A stretch of 61,324 nucleotides of DNA, counting the filler, from Hausera hauseri (Eukaryota): assembly GCA_046269625.1 (NCBI GenBank). It is 11 parts of 11 records of this genome, joined end to end, with 100 filler letters (N's around TTAATTAATTAA, not from the genome) between each part and the next. Parts side by side here need not be neighbours in the genome. Positions count along the whole stretch, not along the records: positions 47,643 to 56,020 come from JBJURY010666553.1; positions 56,121 to 61,324 come from JBJURY010307943.1; 9 more parts are not named here. One strand, written 5' to 3'. The notes beneath the pieces are model-generated. The model saw only the letters and a list, made by a program, of their open reading frames with translations. It was not told the DNA's origin and ran no database searches. The position numbers and the translations under genes were made by a program. Position 1 is the first letter of the stretch. Each line of letters begins with the position of its first letter. Shown here piece by piece: positions 47,850-61,072 of the stretch.

Positions 47850-49960
47850 CGAAAGTTGAATTGACGATTACAGCGGATTTTGATTGGAATGATAAACATC
47901 ACGATAATTCACAGGCATTTTGGATATTCGTCGGGGATGTTATGGGTAAAAACGACAACCATACTTTGAAATTCTTTGTGCCAATATTTGAACCATTACC
48001 GCCTCTCTATTTTATTCGTGCTATCTCCGATCGCTGGTTGGCATCTGAAACGGATATACCTTTAACGTTTTTCTAAACAATTTTACTGGGAAAGAATCAT
48101 ACGCCAACGGATTTACTTGATTTGCAGCAATTGTTAATTAAGGCGTTTAGAAATGAAAAATTCAAACAATTTTACAACAACCGAATGAAAAATCTCAATG
48201 CAATTCAGACGCAATGTTTTGAATCATTGTTATAACTCCGATGAAAATGTCTTTCTCGGTGCACCAACAGGAAATGGAAAAACGGAATGTGCCGAATTTG
48301 CCATTATGCGATTGTATTCTAACCGACCAGTGGGTCACTGTGTATTTGAAGAAACGGCTCAAATTCGCTATGATAAATGGCAGAAAACATTCGGTAGTTC
48401 GAACAAAAATGTTGTTATATTACCTGATAATACGAATGTCGATTGCCAAAGCAAATATTGTTGTAGCAATGGAAGAAAAATGGAATGTGTTGTCTCGACG
48501 TTGGAAGAACAGAATGGCCGTTCAAAATATCAATTTCTTTATCGTAGATGATTTACACTTGCTCGGCAATCACCACAATGGAAATACACTTGAAATTCTG
48601 TGTTCAAGACCTAGATATATGAGTTCACAACTTGAAATTCCAATACGAATAAGCGGTTTGTCTTATTCACTCAGTAATGCCAGAAATGTTGGTAAATGGT
48701 TGGATAGCAGTAATGCAGCAACGTATAATTTCCATCCAAATGTCCATCATCGTCCAATTACTATTTAATTTAAGACTTTTACCATTGCTCTTACGGCTAC
48801 TCGGTTGAATGCTATGACGAGATCAATTTATCAATCCGTAATTAAAAATCCAACAGAGTCCCATAATTAATTTTACACCAACAATGAAACAGACTGATAT
48901 AACAGAATTCAATCTGATGGGATTTGCATTGTCCAATAAGCGGAATTTCACTTCTTTGGTTCTTGTCATGGATACTGAATTTCACAATGGCAAAGATTGT
49001 ATGTACAATGATTACGAAGCTGTTGATTTGATCCAGATGATTGGTCGTGCAAATAACGTCCAATATGACGATGCCAGGACAATAATAATGTGTTAGATTA
49101 ACAAGAAGGATTTCCTTGATATATTCCTTTCCGAACCGCTACGGCTTGAGTTTCATTTAGATCATCATTTGATTGATCATTTTAATGCTGAGGTCGTTAC
49201 GAAAACGATTGAGAACAAACATGACGCAGTAGATTATTTGACATAAACGTTCCTTTATTACCGAATGACAAAGAATCCGAATTATTATCAATTGCGAGGT
49301 GCCAGTCATCGCCGTTTAAGTGATCATCTTAGTGAACTCATTGAGAACACATTTAACGATCTTGAAAAGTCACAATACGTAACAGTCAAAGATGATATTG
49401 ATGTAACACCAATCAATTTGGGAATGATCGCTGCATTTTATTACATTCATTATGCTACAATCGACATGTTCAGCAAATCACTGCTGGCCAATTCAAAAGT
49501 AAAAGGGTTATTAAAATTTTTTGCAGTGCCGATGAATTTGAAAAACTCCCAATTCGGCATAGTGAAGATGTTGTTTTATCGAAAATTCGACCGTTCCTTC
49601 GAATGCCATTGTTAGACAAGAGAAGTTTAGCAGATCTAAAGACCAAAACCAGTATATTACTTCACTCCCATTTACTTCGTATTCCAATTGAATCAGCTGA
49701 ACTTAGAGAAAATCTCAATCAAATATTAATGAAGTGTATCAGATTAATTCAAGCATGTGTTTATGCGCCGTCGAGTAACAGATGGTTGCGTCCGGCTCTG
49801 GCGGCCAGGGCATTAGCACACATGATAACTCAGGCAGTGGCATCGTGATTTGCTTCTGCTTCAGATTCCTCATTTCGATAACGAGGATATTTTGAAGAGA
49901 TGTGAAAATGCTAATGTTAAAAGCGTATTCGACTTTATGGAACTTGAAAAAGACAGCATT
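47850..49960 (+). pseudogene. SNRNP200: U5 snRNP 200-kDa helicase Brr2, C-terminal cassette fragment; intronless with deletions and frameshifts
   Basis: KVELTITADFDW, FFVPIFEPLPPLYFIRAISDRWL, NVFLGAPTGNGKTECAEFA, EKWNVLSRRWKNR, QMIGRAN, MTKNPNYYQLRGASHRRLSDHLSELIE, INLGMIAAFYYIHY, RLIQACV. Confidence 0.95.
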
Positions 49961-50638
49961 GAACAAATGTATACGGAAAATTAGATCACGATCGTCTCTA
50001 ACATTCTCAATAAATATTTACCGACTGCGTTAACACGATTTAGAGCAGATTGTGTCAGATCGGTTCTGCAACCCAGATTCTTGCCGGTAGCAACCCTTTG
50101 CGCCAATGACCTCAGTGTGGCACACGGTGAATTGTCGCCGACAATAGACGAGATACAAATAGAACTTGACGCACTCGGTCCATGGTCCCATCAGTTCCGT
50201 TTTGGCGATGTCGCATGCCAGATATCACTTGGACCATCTACGTTCTTTATGGCCACTTCCACGATGTACTCGTTGGAGAGACTGGTGCACGATGGGGTAA
50301 GTATGGTTGTTGTGTACAAATTTGTCGGCGATTGTTATTTTCTCATCTTTTAACGGTAATTTTTTTTCCTGCCTTTGCCATATTTTTTTGACTTATGAAT
50401 ATTTCTGGTCATCTGGAATTATTGTTGGGGATTTATTTCATTTGTCCCATGGAATTTTCGACATTCATGTGTCAACGACATCTGCCGGATACGTCAAAAT
50501 TTTTGTTCTTTCAACAATGCCACATCTCCATTTGCTTTCCATTATTAGGGAAGGCTATAAAAAGGTTTCTATTGATACTATCACGTTACTTGCCTTTCCC
50601 CATGGAAATACGATTGCACACTTGAAGCAAAATACATC

Positions 50639-50650
50639 TGGCCACCCCGG
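50639..50650 (+). promoter_or_regulatory. Possible degenerate tRNA-Trp primer-binding site
   Basis: ...ACA-TC-TGGCCACCCCG versus TGGTGACCCCG, the PBS typical of the CsRn1 clade; two mismatches in 11. Confidence 0.4.
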
Positions 50651-53600
50651 ATTTTCGGGAACATCAGTGTGACCGACCGCCCGGCCGTCTGTCCTATGTC
50701 AGTGGGTTCTACGCAACGGCCCGTCCGTCACCATATTACCCACTAGGGCACACACCAAAACTCGCCTTTTTCTTTTTCCTAAATAATTACCAACTATTTG
50801 GACACATAACAACGTCTTGCACAACAACTTGCACAATTATGTACTACACTTCGTTAGTATCGCTGACTTTTACCTCACAACAACCTTCCTGTAATTAATG
50901 TCAATTTTCGCAACCTTTCTGTTCCGTCATCCCATTATGTCACTATTCACGTACACATTCGTATCCGTGGTGGCTTGGATTCTTCACTCACCATTGACAC
51001 TACTAAAAAATTAACTCTAAACCATCACCCTTCACTTTTCTCCAAAAATCAACGACCGTCATCACGCCATCTACTTTCATCATTTATACACCTTGCATCC
51101 CGCCAGCCAAATATACTTCTTAGTGCACGTAATACTTTATTGTCCATGAAAAGTCCAGCAAAACTTGGCTTAACTTTCACACACTTTGGCTGCAGTCTAA
51201 CAGTATTACTGATCCCTTAGCCAAAGCTCAGCTTACTTTGCCTCTTATCCAACACAGTAAAGACTTCTCGTCACGATATGTTAGAGATCTTTCAACAATC
51301 CGACCCGTACACCCACCTCTATAATGCAGGTTTAAAACTCACGGAACCGTCTATGGATTCCATAATCCATAGATTCTTCAATGACAAAGCTATGGGTACA
51401 CAAAAACCATCCGATTTTCTCATAACCTCTTTCGCTCAACTGCAAACACGGCCTTAAAAAACAAAATAATTCCGATCTCTTACGACGTTACTTTCTAAAC
51501 GCACTACCGATTCAGATCAGGGCCCTGCTAAACGTCATCGAGGAATCGACAGGACTAGATAAGTTAGCCGAACTTGCAGACAAAACGTACGAGGTCTTAC
51601 ACTTAAACACACCTATCATGTATGCAACACTTACAGCAAACGACAACACATTAGAATATCAAATACAACAGTTGCGGGCCGAAAAGGCAGCCCTACATAA
51701 TACAATAAACAATATCAACGATAGATTAAATGAAATCTCAGTGACTCAATAAAAGGGTTCCGCCTTCGATCGCACACGTTCTGTACACAGAGGTCGGTGC
51801 CGCTTTTACACCCGTAAGTATCAAGTTAACAATGCTATTTGCATTTACCACCAAAGTTTAAGAATGATGCACATAAGTGTATCCCTGGTTGTACCTTTAG
51901 CAGCAACACTCAACATACGAACGTCGGACGTTCTCTCTTCTAACAGCCGTCCAAGTTCACCACTTCCAAAAAACTAGTTCGCCGTCAGAGCTTACGGCGT
52001 GTCCTGGCGAAGGCCATTCTCCAGTTTCTACCAGCCGAAAACCTTCTTTCGCCGCATTTACAGTAAAAGCGGTAACTACGTTATCAAAAACTCGCCACAT
52101 AGATTTCCTCGTTGATTCAGGTGCAGCGATTTCTTTACTGCCGCTCACCTTTCCAACTCAACACAGTTCATCCAACTATAAACCTCTATTTACAGCTTCT
52201 GGACAACCGCTACATGTTTCGGTACTTATTGGCTTTCTTTTACCCTTCCCAAATTTACTCCAACGTTCAACTGGACGTTTACCGATGGAAACGTCGAGAC
52301 AGCCATTTTAGGTTCCGACTTTCTTTCGCACTATAATCTCCTTGCCGATTGCAAACAACATTGTTTAACAAGTGGTTGCAATAAGGAACGAGTCGATCAC
52401 GCCGATACCATTTCGGCTGTCTTGCGGATGAATGCAACTCGAAAACCGATATTAAAAAAACCGTTGAACAAACCTTTTTTTACAATCATGGTACCTTGTT
52501 TTATACGTTGTTGAAAAACAATATTACTGACGATTGGATTTTGCACGGCGATGAGCACGATTCCGTCACCACTGCCAAATCATTAGATAAAACTACCGCC
52601 TACAATACCATTTTCAATACTACCATCCTGCATCGAATACCACTTCATTTTAGATCACCAAATAACACCCAAATTGCAACAGTTACCGATAAAACCATCT
52701 CGTCTCCAACAAACTTTTCACAATTATCTGCAAGTCTGCAGCAATTCATTAACGTATCCTGTTCCAGAATAATTCAAAAAGGCAGGTCTTTTACACCAGC
52801 CAATACCACTTTTAACCACATTGTGACACAACATCAAAGACCAATCCGCCAAAAAGTGCATCCATTATCTCCTTATTGGAGACAGGCCGTTGAAGCCGAA
52901 TTTCTAGATCTCGAACGTTCCGGCATTGTACGTCGCGCCAAATCCCCATGGTCGTCGCCATTACATGTCGTGCAAAAGAAGGACGGAACTTTTAGACCAT
53001 GTGGTGATTATCGTCAGTTGAACACTGACAATATTGGATGCATACCCGCCACCACCCATTAAGAATATCTTACACCGTCTTAATAAAGCCACAATTTATT
53101 CTACCATTGACTTATTCAAAGCCTACCACCAAATTCCGGTGGCACCTGAAGACATCGGAAAAACATCCGTAACTACTCCTTTCGGCCTTTATATATATTT
53201 GTACATGCCTTTCTGCCTACCGAATGCTGCGCAGACTTTTCAACGCCACATCGATGCTATCCTTTCTGATTTTCCTTATGCTCATCCCTATATCGATGAC
53301 ATATTAATTGTTTCCTCTTCGATCCAACAACACGAGGAACATCTCAGATCAATTTTCAACGTTGCCACCAACATAACCTGCAAATCAATTTCGCCAAATG
53401 TCATTTTTTCCCGAAGCGTAGAAATGTCCTTGGTCACATTATTTCTTCTGAAGGTCACTCGCCTCAACCCGATAAATTTGAAGCCCTAAAAATGTGCAGC
53501 TACCTCGAACAACAACAGAAATGAGGAGCTTTTTGGGCATTTTGCACTTCGTTCACAAGTATGTGCCGTAATGCTCTGAACTTACCGCACCATTTGCTCA

Positions 53601-54121
53601 CTTCAGTGGTGAAAAAAAAACAGCCAATAATATGGACTTCCGAATTAGTAAACAAATTCGAAAAGCTAAGAGAAGGTTTAAAAACAGTCGAAATATTAGC
53701 TTTCCTTAAGCATGTTGCACAACTTGTCCTTACTACAGACGCCTCTACTACCGCCGTAGGCGCCGTACTTCATCAAATTCATCGAGGAGAAAACCAGCCC
53801 TTGGAGTTTTTTTTCACGCAAGTTAACACCTGAAGCTAGGTACTCAACGTTTGACCGAGAGCTTTTGGCCATAGTTCTCGCATTAAAACATTTCTCTTAT
53901 CTACTTACTGCTCGCCACTTTACTATACAAACCGACCACAAGCCTTTACTCAACATAATGACAATGAAACACACATCATCATCCTCAGGAACGACAGATC
54001 TCATACTTTTCGACGTTCAATTTCGAGATCAAACACATTAACGGTGTAAATAACTTAGTCGCCGACTTTCTCTCAAGGTCAGTAGGCTCAATTACCTTTA
54101 AGCCGCTTTTCACAAAATCAG

Positions 54122-55369
54122 TTGCAAGAAAACCAACCACCTTCGGACATGCTTAAATCTTTTCGATCTTACAATATCATTGACGGCGTGGCTTTCGACA
54201 CGTCTAAACGAGGACAGTCTAAAGTAATCTTAGCTCCTGCCTTGCAAACACAAACATTCAACAGCGTACATTCACTACATCACCCTGGTTCTAAGGCCAC
54301 CTTTCGCTTGTTTCACCGACAAGTAATATGGCCGTCTATACGTTCTGGTGTGCAAGCGTGGGTTAAGGAATGTGTGGCCTGCCAGAAATTTAAAACCATT
54401 AAGCATTTGAAGCCACCACTACACCATTTCCCTTGCATATCGCGTTTTGAGTCCGTACATATTGATATTGTTGGCCCTCTCCCTACTGACAACGGTCATC
54501 AGTTCATTTTGACCATGATGGATCGTTCCTCACGATGGCCAGAAAATGTCCCTCTAAGGAGCACTAACACGGACACAATAGCCGACGTTTTCATACGCAC
54601 GTGGATAAGCAGGTTTGGATCCCCTAGGTTCATTATTACAAACCAAAGTACTCAGTTTGAGTCCAACTTGTTTAAATCACTCGTTAACCGATTAGGAATC
54701 AGCCATATGCACACAACACCATATAACCCCCAATCGAATGGTCTTCTACAGAGATTCCACAGAACACTGAAAACGTCATTGAGAATCCTCACTGAATCCA
54801 ATAGCAGTTGGACTGCCCTTCTTCCGTTAGTTTTACTGGGTGGGCGAAACACTCCTTTCACTTCTACAGGTTGTTCACCTACGGAAGCCCTATTCGGAGA
54901 ACCCGTGAGTTCATTATTTGAGCTTACTGCCTTGGAAGATACACCTACAGACGAAACTATCCGAACGGCACAGAACCACTTCGTCTCAGTAAGCAAAGAC
55001 TCATTCTGCAGAATAATACGTAATAAAACTTACCTACCCGATGATTTATATTCTGCAAAGTTTGTATGGCTGAGAAACCAAACGCCGTGCGGTTTTCAAC
55101 CACGGTATTTGGAACCCAGAAAACTCGTTCAATTGCACCCTTACAATGCCATTATTTCTAAAGACGGTAAGGAACTAGCGGTGCATATCAACAACGTCAA
55201 GCATGCCTTTTTCGTAGACGATACCACCCAAATTGGATTTTATAACCCCTTTCTGACTCTTCCGCCTTTTCCTCTTTCGGTTCCTCCATTGCTGCACCCC
55301 TTTTCATTCCGGCCCCTATTTCCATTCCTTTACCAAAACCTACTCAAAACTCCCCTTCTACTAACCTAA
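54122..55369 (+). CDS. Gypsy integrase (HHCC plus rve), open but with a substituted second catalytic Asp
   Basis: HSLHH..CVAC, VHIDIVGPL, ITNQSTQF (D>N), TTPYNPQSNGLLQRFHRTLK. Confidence 0.92.
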   Translation: MQENQPPSDMLKSFRSYNIIDGVAFDTSKRGQSKVILAPALQTQTFNSVHSLHHPGSKATFRLFHRQVIWPSIRSGVQAWVKECVACQKFKTIKHLKPPLHHFPCISRFESVHIDIVGPLPTDNGHQFILTMMDRSSRWPENVPLRSTNTDTIADVFIRTWISRFGSPRFIITNQSTQFESNLFKSLVNRLGISHMHTTPYNPQSNGLLQRFHRTLKTSLRILTESNSSWTALLPLVLLGGRNTPFTSTGCSPTEALFGEPVSSLFELTALEDTPTDETIRTAQNHFVSVSKDSFCRIIRNKTYLPDDLYSAKFVWLRNQTPCGFQPRYLEPRKLVQLHPYNAIISKDGKELAVHINNVKHAFFVDDTTQIGFYNPFLTLPPFPLSVPPLLHPFSFRPLFPFLYQNLLKTPLLLT

Positions 55370-55655
55370 CAACCTGTACTTTCTTTTCTCTTACATCTCC
55401 TCCTCCGTCTCCTTCTTCGTCCTTGAACGACACAACACCTAACACGACGAAATCTGACATTGTTTTACCTGAATCACCTCAGCAAGTAGACTTAAAGACA
55501 TTGAAAAATAACAAATCAGTCACATTTAGTACCTACAGTACTGTGATTAACACTTCAGGGGTACAACGTCTTATTCATACAAAGACCACTTAGGCAGCCT
55601 GCACCGTTTCTACACATTTTCTACTTTCTTACCTCTCTGGTTGTTGCTTTACCAC

Positions 55656-55669
55656 GGGGAGGATGATAT
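55656..55669 (+). promoter_or_regulatory. Candidate PPT preceding a 3' LTR start (TGT at 55670)
   Basis: ggggaggatgatat-TGTG downstream of the integrase. Confidence 0.5.
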
Positions 55670-56020
55670 TGTGCCCAACAAGGGCCGTGCTCCTTTGGCC
55701 CATTTTATTGACTTGTAAATACACTGTTGTTGTTTTCTTTTGTTTTTTTTTGTCTTTGTAATTGCCGAAGATTTGATACGCTTTTGTCGTTTTTATCTCA
55801 TCGTACCAGAATATAGCTATGTTTAGCCTATGATAAATTTGACCTGACGAAAGTCGAACAGTACATTTCATTATTCAGCTATTTGGTTTGGCAACAGGCC
55901 CTTTTACTAATTCTTTGGGGAATTCTCGGTGTTTGTTTTACCGATGAAGTTGGGTTCAACTTCATTTTGTATTGTTTTATGTCGAAACAATTTTAAAAAA
56001 CATTTTGTTCAAACCTTTTG

Positions 56021-56120
56021 NNNNNNNNNNNNNNNNNNNNNNNNNNNNNNNNNNNNNNNNNNNNTTAATTAATTAANNNNNNNNNNNNNNNNNNNNNNNN
56101 NNNNNNNNNNNNNNNNNNNN
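56021..56120. other. Artificial contig spacer
   Basis: N44-TTAATTAATTAA-N44. Confidence 0.99.
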
Positions 56121-56297
56121 AAAATAATTTATTGGTCAAATATCAGATTCTGATTCAAATTGTATTAATTTAAAGCCGTTATATGACATGATTAAAAGTA
56201 TATTACTCTATTCTAATTTTATTTTTAAAATATTAAACAAAATAAAATTTCTGAAATTCACAAACATTATTGAGTATTTAAACAGCATTGAGGCTCC

Positions 56298-56298
<1 letters not shown>

Positions 56299-56337
<39 letters not shown>
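56299..56337 (+). repeat. (GT)n microsatellite
   Basis: About 19 perfect units. Confidence 0.98.
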
Positions 56338-56338
<1 letters not shown>

Positions 56339-57344
56339 AGTAAGGCCCCCCCCTCCCCCTCTTACATTTTCATTTTAAATCCTATCTGTCAGTTAGAAAA
56401 CACAATTTCCCGCCTTTTTACTCCCTCAGAACAAATGCTCATAACTCAGATAATCCTGAGGTTATCTCCTCAGTGAGGACACCGTGTGAGAGAGGAACAC
56501 TCGGAGATCCTTCTGATGTAAACTTTATTCTGATTAAACATAAATGCCGGATTAACAACAGGTTAAACACAAGTGAAAACTTAAGAAATTCGCTTCTCAT
56601 GGATTTTTTTTTTTACATTGGAGTCTATGGAGCATTTTGGTTGCCTGGTGCCAAACAAATAGTCATAACTCAAAAAGTAAGTGTTGAAACATCTAGATAT
56701 TTTGATATTTTAGAAAGCACAAGTTTCTCTTCCATTTAAAACTAAAATGGTGTTTCTAGGTGCCAGTATCAGGATTTTAGAGAAGTTTGTTCAGAAAAAA
56801 CTGAAATAACCAGAAAACTCACCTAAAGCTAGAGTGGTGATGACGTCACGCACTCCAGCAGCCCCCATACGAACTGATGGGGTGATGTTTGAGGAGTGAT
56901 AAAAGGTGATCAAAGAGTGAAATCCCTTAGCGTTTTGATTTGACAGGTCAGGCTTGGGCCGGGTCTGACCCGTTTGATTTTCGTGGCTGTAGCTCCAAAA
57001 TTGACCGAGTTATGGCTGTTCGAAAAATGCCCCCATTCATTGTCTATGGAAAAAATCGCCCAAATAAACAGGCGTGGCGAGTCGTCCCGTGGACCGATTC
57101 CTTATCCTTATACAAGCACACCATTCCCGTTCGGGCCGCACGTTTTGGAATTTGAACGGAGTCGATATCTCGAAAATTGCGGGAGAAGAAAGCCGGACAA
57201 AAAGTGACATTTTTAGATTTTCCGTTTTTGTCCAAGAAATTTTGTATTGGTCTTAATGGAAGGTTTTTCTTGCCTGGTGCCAAACAAATCATTATAACTC
57301 AAAAGGTCAAAGGTCAATCATCGAGATTTTTAGAGATGTCGGAT

Positions 57345-57602
57345 GTTGTGTATCTGTACTGTTGTGTATCTGTACTGTGTATTGTACTGTTGTATATCTG
57401 TACTGTGTGTTGTACTGTTGTGTATCTGTACTGTGTATTGTACTGTTGTATATCTGTACTGTGTCTTGTACTGTTGTGTATCTGTACTGTGTAATGTACT
57501 GTTGTGTATCTGTACTGTGTGTTGTACTGTTGTGTACCTGTACTGTGTGTTGTACTGTTGTGTATCTGTACTGTGTGTTGTACTGTTGTGTATCTGTTGT
57601 AC
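57345..57602 (+). repeat. 28-bp minisatellite (tgtactgttgtgtatctgtactgtgt(a/g)t)
   Basis: About 9 units with period 28. Confidence 0.95.
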
Positions 57603-58149
57603 TGGTACAGGGAGAACTGACCTCAGAAGATGAAGAAATATCTACATGTTATTACAAGAAAAACAGTTGTGACTTATACAGAGCCTCTGCTTCTATAGGT
57701 TACTTCCTTTACCAGAGATTTCTCTTTCTCTCTCTCTTTCTGGGGTCATGTGATCGGAGGGGAGCGTAAAAGCCTCTCCATGCACTCCTACACAATTGTT
57801 CAACACTCTTGTACGTGGGTTATCTCTGATAATAAACTATTGACTTAGTGCAGCACTGGTGTCTGTGACTGCTCACTGCGGGATCAGCAGGGTCCTACAC
57901 GTGGAGAGGAAGCTGCTGTCTCACCTACCTCACAGAAAACCTGTCTCAGAGAGGAGGAGACTCATATCAGAACTTTAACCTGCTCATTGAATGATAGAAT
58001 GAATCTATCCAAAGCAGAGAGACCTCCACGAGCTAGAGCAACCACACACACACACACACACGTTCAGGACTGCTTGGTAGAACCTCCTGAAAGAGCACTC
58101 CTTGAATGGACTAGGATCAGAAATACAGACTAGTGCGTGATGACCATGC

Positions 58150-59028
58150 ACCTCCTGGTGACTCTCAGTACCCCTGTGAACCTCTCTGTGTTAACCCCCG
58201 TACCTCCTGGTGCCCCTCAGTACCATTCTGAACCCCTCTGTGCACCCTCTGTACCTCTCACTAGCCTTCTGAACCTCTATGTGTACCCCATGTACCTCTC
58301 TGTACCTCTCACTACCATTCTGAACCTCTCTGTGTACCCACTGTAGCACCTGGTGACTCTCAGTACCCTTGTGAACCTCTCCATGTACCCCATGTGCCTC
58401 TCTGTACCTCTCACTACCTTTCTGAACCTCTATGTGTACCCCCTGTACCTCTCTGTACTTCTCAGTACCCTTGTGAACCTCTCCATGTACCCCATGTGCC
58501 TCTCTGTACCTCGCATAACCCTTCTGAACTTCTATGTGTACACCCTGTACCTCCTAATGCCCCTCAGTACCATTCTATACCTCTATGTGTACCCCCTGTA
58601 CCTCCTGGTGCCTCTCATTAACCTTATGAACCTCTCTGTGTACCTACTGTACCTCTCTGTACCTCTCAGTACCCTTCTGAACCTCTATGTGTACGCCCTG
58701 TACCTCCTGATGACTGTCAGTACCCTTGTGAACCTCTCTGTGTACCCACTGTAGCACCTGGTGACTCTCAGTACCCTTGTGAACATCTTTGTAACCCACA
58801 GTACCCTTCTGAACCTCACTGTGTACCCCCTGTACCTCACGGTGCCTCTCAATACCCTTGTTAACATCTCTGTGTACCCCCTGTACCTCTCTGTCCCTCT
58901 CAGTACCCATCTGAACCTCTATGTGTGCCCCCTGTACCTCCTAATGCCCCTCAGTACCATTCTGAACACCTATGTGTAACCCCTGTACCTCCTAATGTCT
59001 CTCAGTACCTTTCTGAACCTCCCTGTGT
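58150..59028 (+). repeat. ~51-bp minisatellite
   Basis: cagtaccctt.tgaacctct..gtgtaccccctgtacctc units; near-identical blocks recur at 102 bp (58361 and 58463). Confidence 0.93.
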
Positions 59029-60344
59029 TAATGTGCATGAATCATATTTGCTTGTCTACCAAACTATGAACTAATAAGCTTTGCAGCATCATTTGCATGA
59101 CACAGATTCACTCTTCTATTAAATCTTCATCAATAGCATTAATATATCAGTAGCGATTGTGTTGTTGAATGATGTTATATTAATAATAAAAAGTATTATA
59201 ATGTATTCATTATTCGATTTCTGAAGCAGCAGCTGATCGGTTGGTTTTTTGTCCTGAAGCCCTACTATCCTATTTTGTAGGTGATATAATGTGAAAAAAA
59301 ATCTCCAGTCGATGTTCGGATGCCTAGCATTATATGTGTATACCTTAATAAGTTCACACGTTTGAAAAGCACAACACAAAATACATTTGAAATGTTGTTT
59401 TCTTAAAACCACGTACGTTGAGGGAAAACGGATCTGTGAACTCATATTAATAAATGTGTTACAGGGAAAAGTGAAAACTCACTTCTATTCACGATGAAAA
59501 AAAAACACAGGTTGACCTACCTGAGCCAAACAGGAGCAATCCAACCCAAGTCATTCAGAGCATTTAGAAGCAGAAGGGACCAAAGGTAACATGTGCAATC
59601 ACGTTTGTGGAATACCATAATAAAACATAAAACACTGTACAAGCACAAGAACCCTTCACAATTACCAGGTTATCAGCATCAAATGCTCATAAAATTATAT
59701 GGGTGTATTAAATATTACATATGTTTATCTATTTGGGAGTTTTTCCCGTTGGTCTCTAAAGCATCAGCCTGATGGAAACATCAAAAAGGGAAGAGGGTGC
59801 AAGGAGACTTAAGAATGTCAATGTTCTGCCTCTCCTTTGTTGTTTCATATTTTGCTATTCACGTGATTCATATAAGCGATTCATATTTGCTTGTCATCAG
59901 TGATTCACAGGTACAAAACTATCCTATTTTGTAAGTGATACAATGTGAAAAAAAACTAACAAATTAGGGACAGATTGGTTGTTGGAATAAGTAGTGAAGG
60001 TGTTAGACGATCCTTACCTCCTTGTCTCAGATTTCAGCAGGTAAAGTCTCCTGTCCTAATACAGAGAAGGTGTTTCACTCTTTCTTTAGATCTGCAGCCT
60101 TCTGAAAGAAGAGAAGATAAAAATATCACAGAGCCAGTCAGCTCAATCTTCCAATTCATATAAATAAAGTCAATCGTCACTGGATTAACAACAAGAACAA
60201 AAGCAAGACCATTTAATCATTCTGCTCCATTGTGTACAAGAGCTCATTTCTATGCTTTGCTGCTTTTAGGCATAAAAAACATTCACACAGTCATTTTCTT
60301 TTCTTCACTAGTGTTAGTACCCTATATCAATATACTATATGGAG

Positions 60345-60550
60345 AAAGCCGTGGCCTGCACTTGTGATCATAAGGTCGCCGGTTCGATTCCCAGAGCCGT
60401 CAGGCCCTTGAGCAAGGCACCTAAACTTTGACTGCTACCCATGGCTCCGGGACACTCTTGCTCACTGCCCCTTAGTGTTCATCAGTGTGTGTGTGTGTAT
60501 GTGTGTGTGTTTACTGCATAGATCGGTTTAAATGCAGAGGATGAATTTCA
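60345..60550 (+). mobile_element. tRNA-derived SINE of teleost type (V-SINE/Mermaid-like)
   Basis: B-box ggttcgattccc, core gcccttgagcaaggcacctaa, internal (TG)n, 3' aaatgcagaggatgaatttc. Confidence 0.7.
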
Positions 60551-61072
60551 CATTCTAAAAGAAAACAATATCATAAAAGCATAACTCCTGTAATTATTAT
60601 TACTATACACAAATACTAATTATTTCTACGTACTAACGCTGTGGACGATCTTTTTGGTGGTGGAATTGTAGACCTTCAAATTCTGGAACACTAAACAGAA
60701 CCTTGTACTGCACAAGAAGGATCAGTTTGGATCTACGTTAAGTCTCAGCTTGCACATGGTTAGTCCAGTCACGATTGGGGTGGAGTACGTGAGCGACACC
60801 GCGGCTTGGTGTAGAGCGACATGGTACAGTACACAGCACGATCGATGGGTTACACGGTTAAATGGAGGACAGCAGAGACAGAGGAGTAGACTGTGTGCTG
60901 GTCTATACTGGCCTGGGGTCATTAGCAGCACCTCCAGATTGGATCGTGGGGGGGTACAATGGAGGTGTGGGTGCACATTCTAGTAACTTTACCACAGACG
61001 TGCATTTAAAATCACGCTCCACCTCACGTAAGCTCTTCAAAGAGCACTCACCCCTCTAACACCTCTAACAGA

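Larger units (their letters stand above)
50639..55669 (+). mobile_element. CsRn1-clade Ty3/Gypsy retrotransposon, near-complete internal region, decayed
   Basis: Ubl (..HIRIRGG); gag MGTQKPSDFL and CIYHQ..DAHKCIPGC; PR FLVDSGAA; RT SPWSSPLHVV, YSTIDLFKAYHQI, PYIDD; RH TTDAS; IN at 54122-55369. Confidence 0.93.

Noticed and set aside
50300-56020. Matching 5' and 3' LTR pair for the CsRn1 element
   Set aside because: 50300-50636 and 55670-56020 are both T-rich but I could not align them; only the PBS-like and PPT-like motifs are reported.
57177-58979. Cys/Val/Tyr-rich and Pro/Leu-rich ORFs
   Set aside because: Translations of minisatellites that are open in several frames.
60031-60170. Possible micro-exon and terminal exon (ag|atttcagcag|gtaaag; tttag|atctgcagcc...aataaa)
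   Set aside because: Splice-like signals only, with no product or homology to support a gene call.
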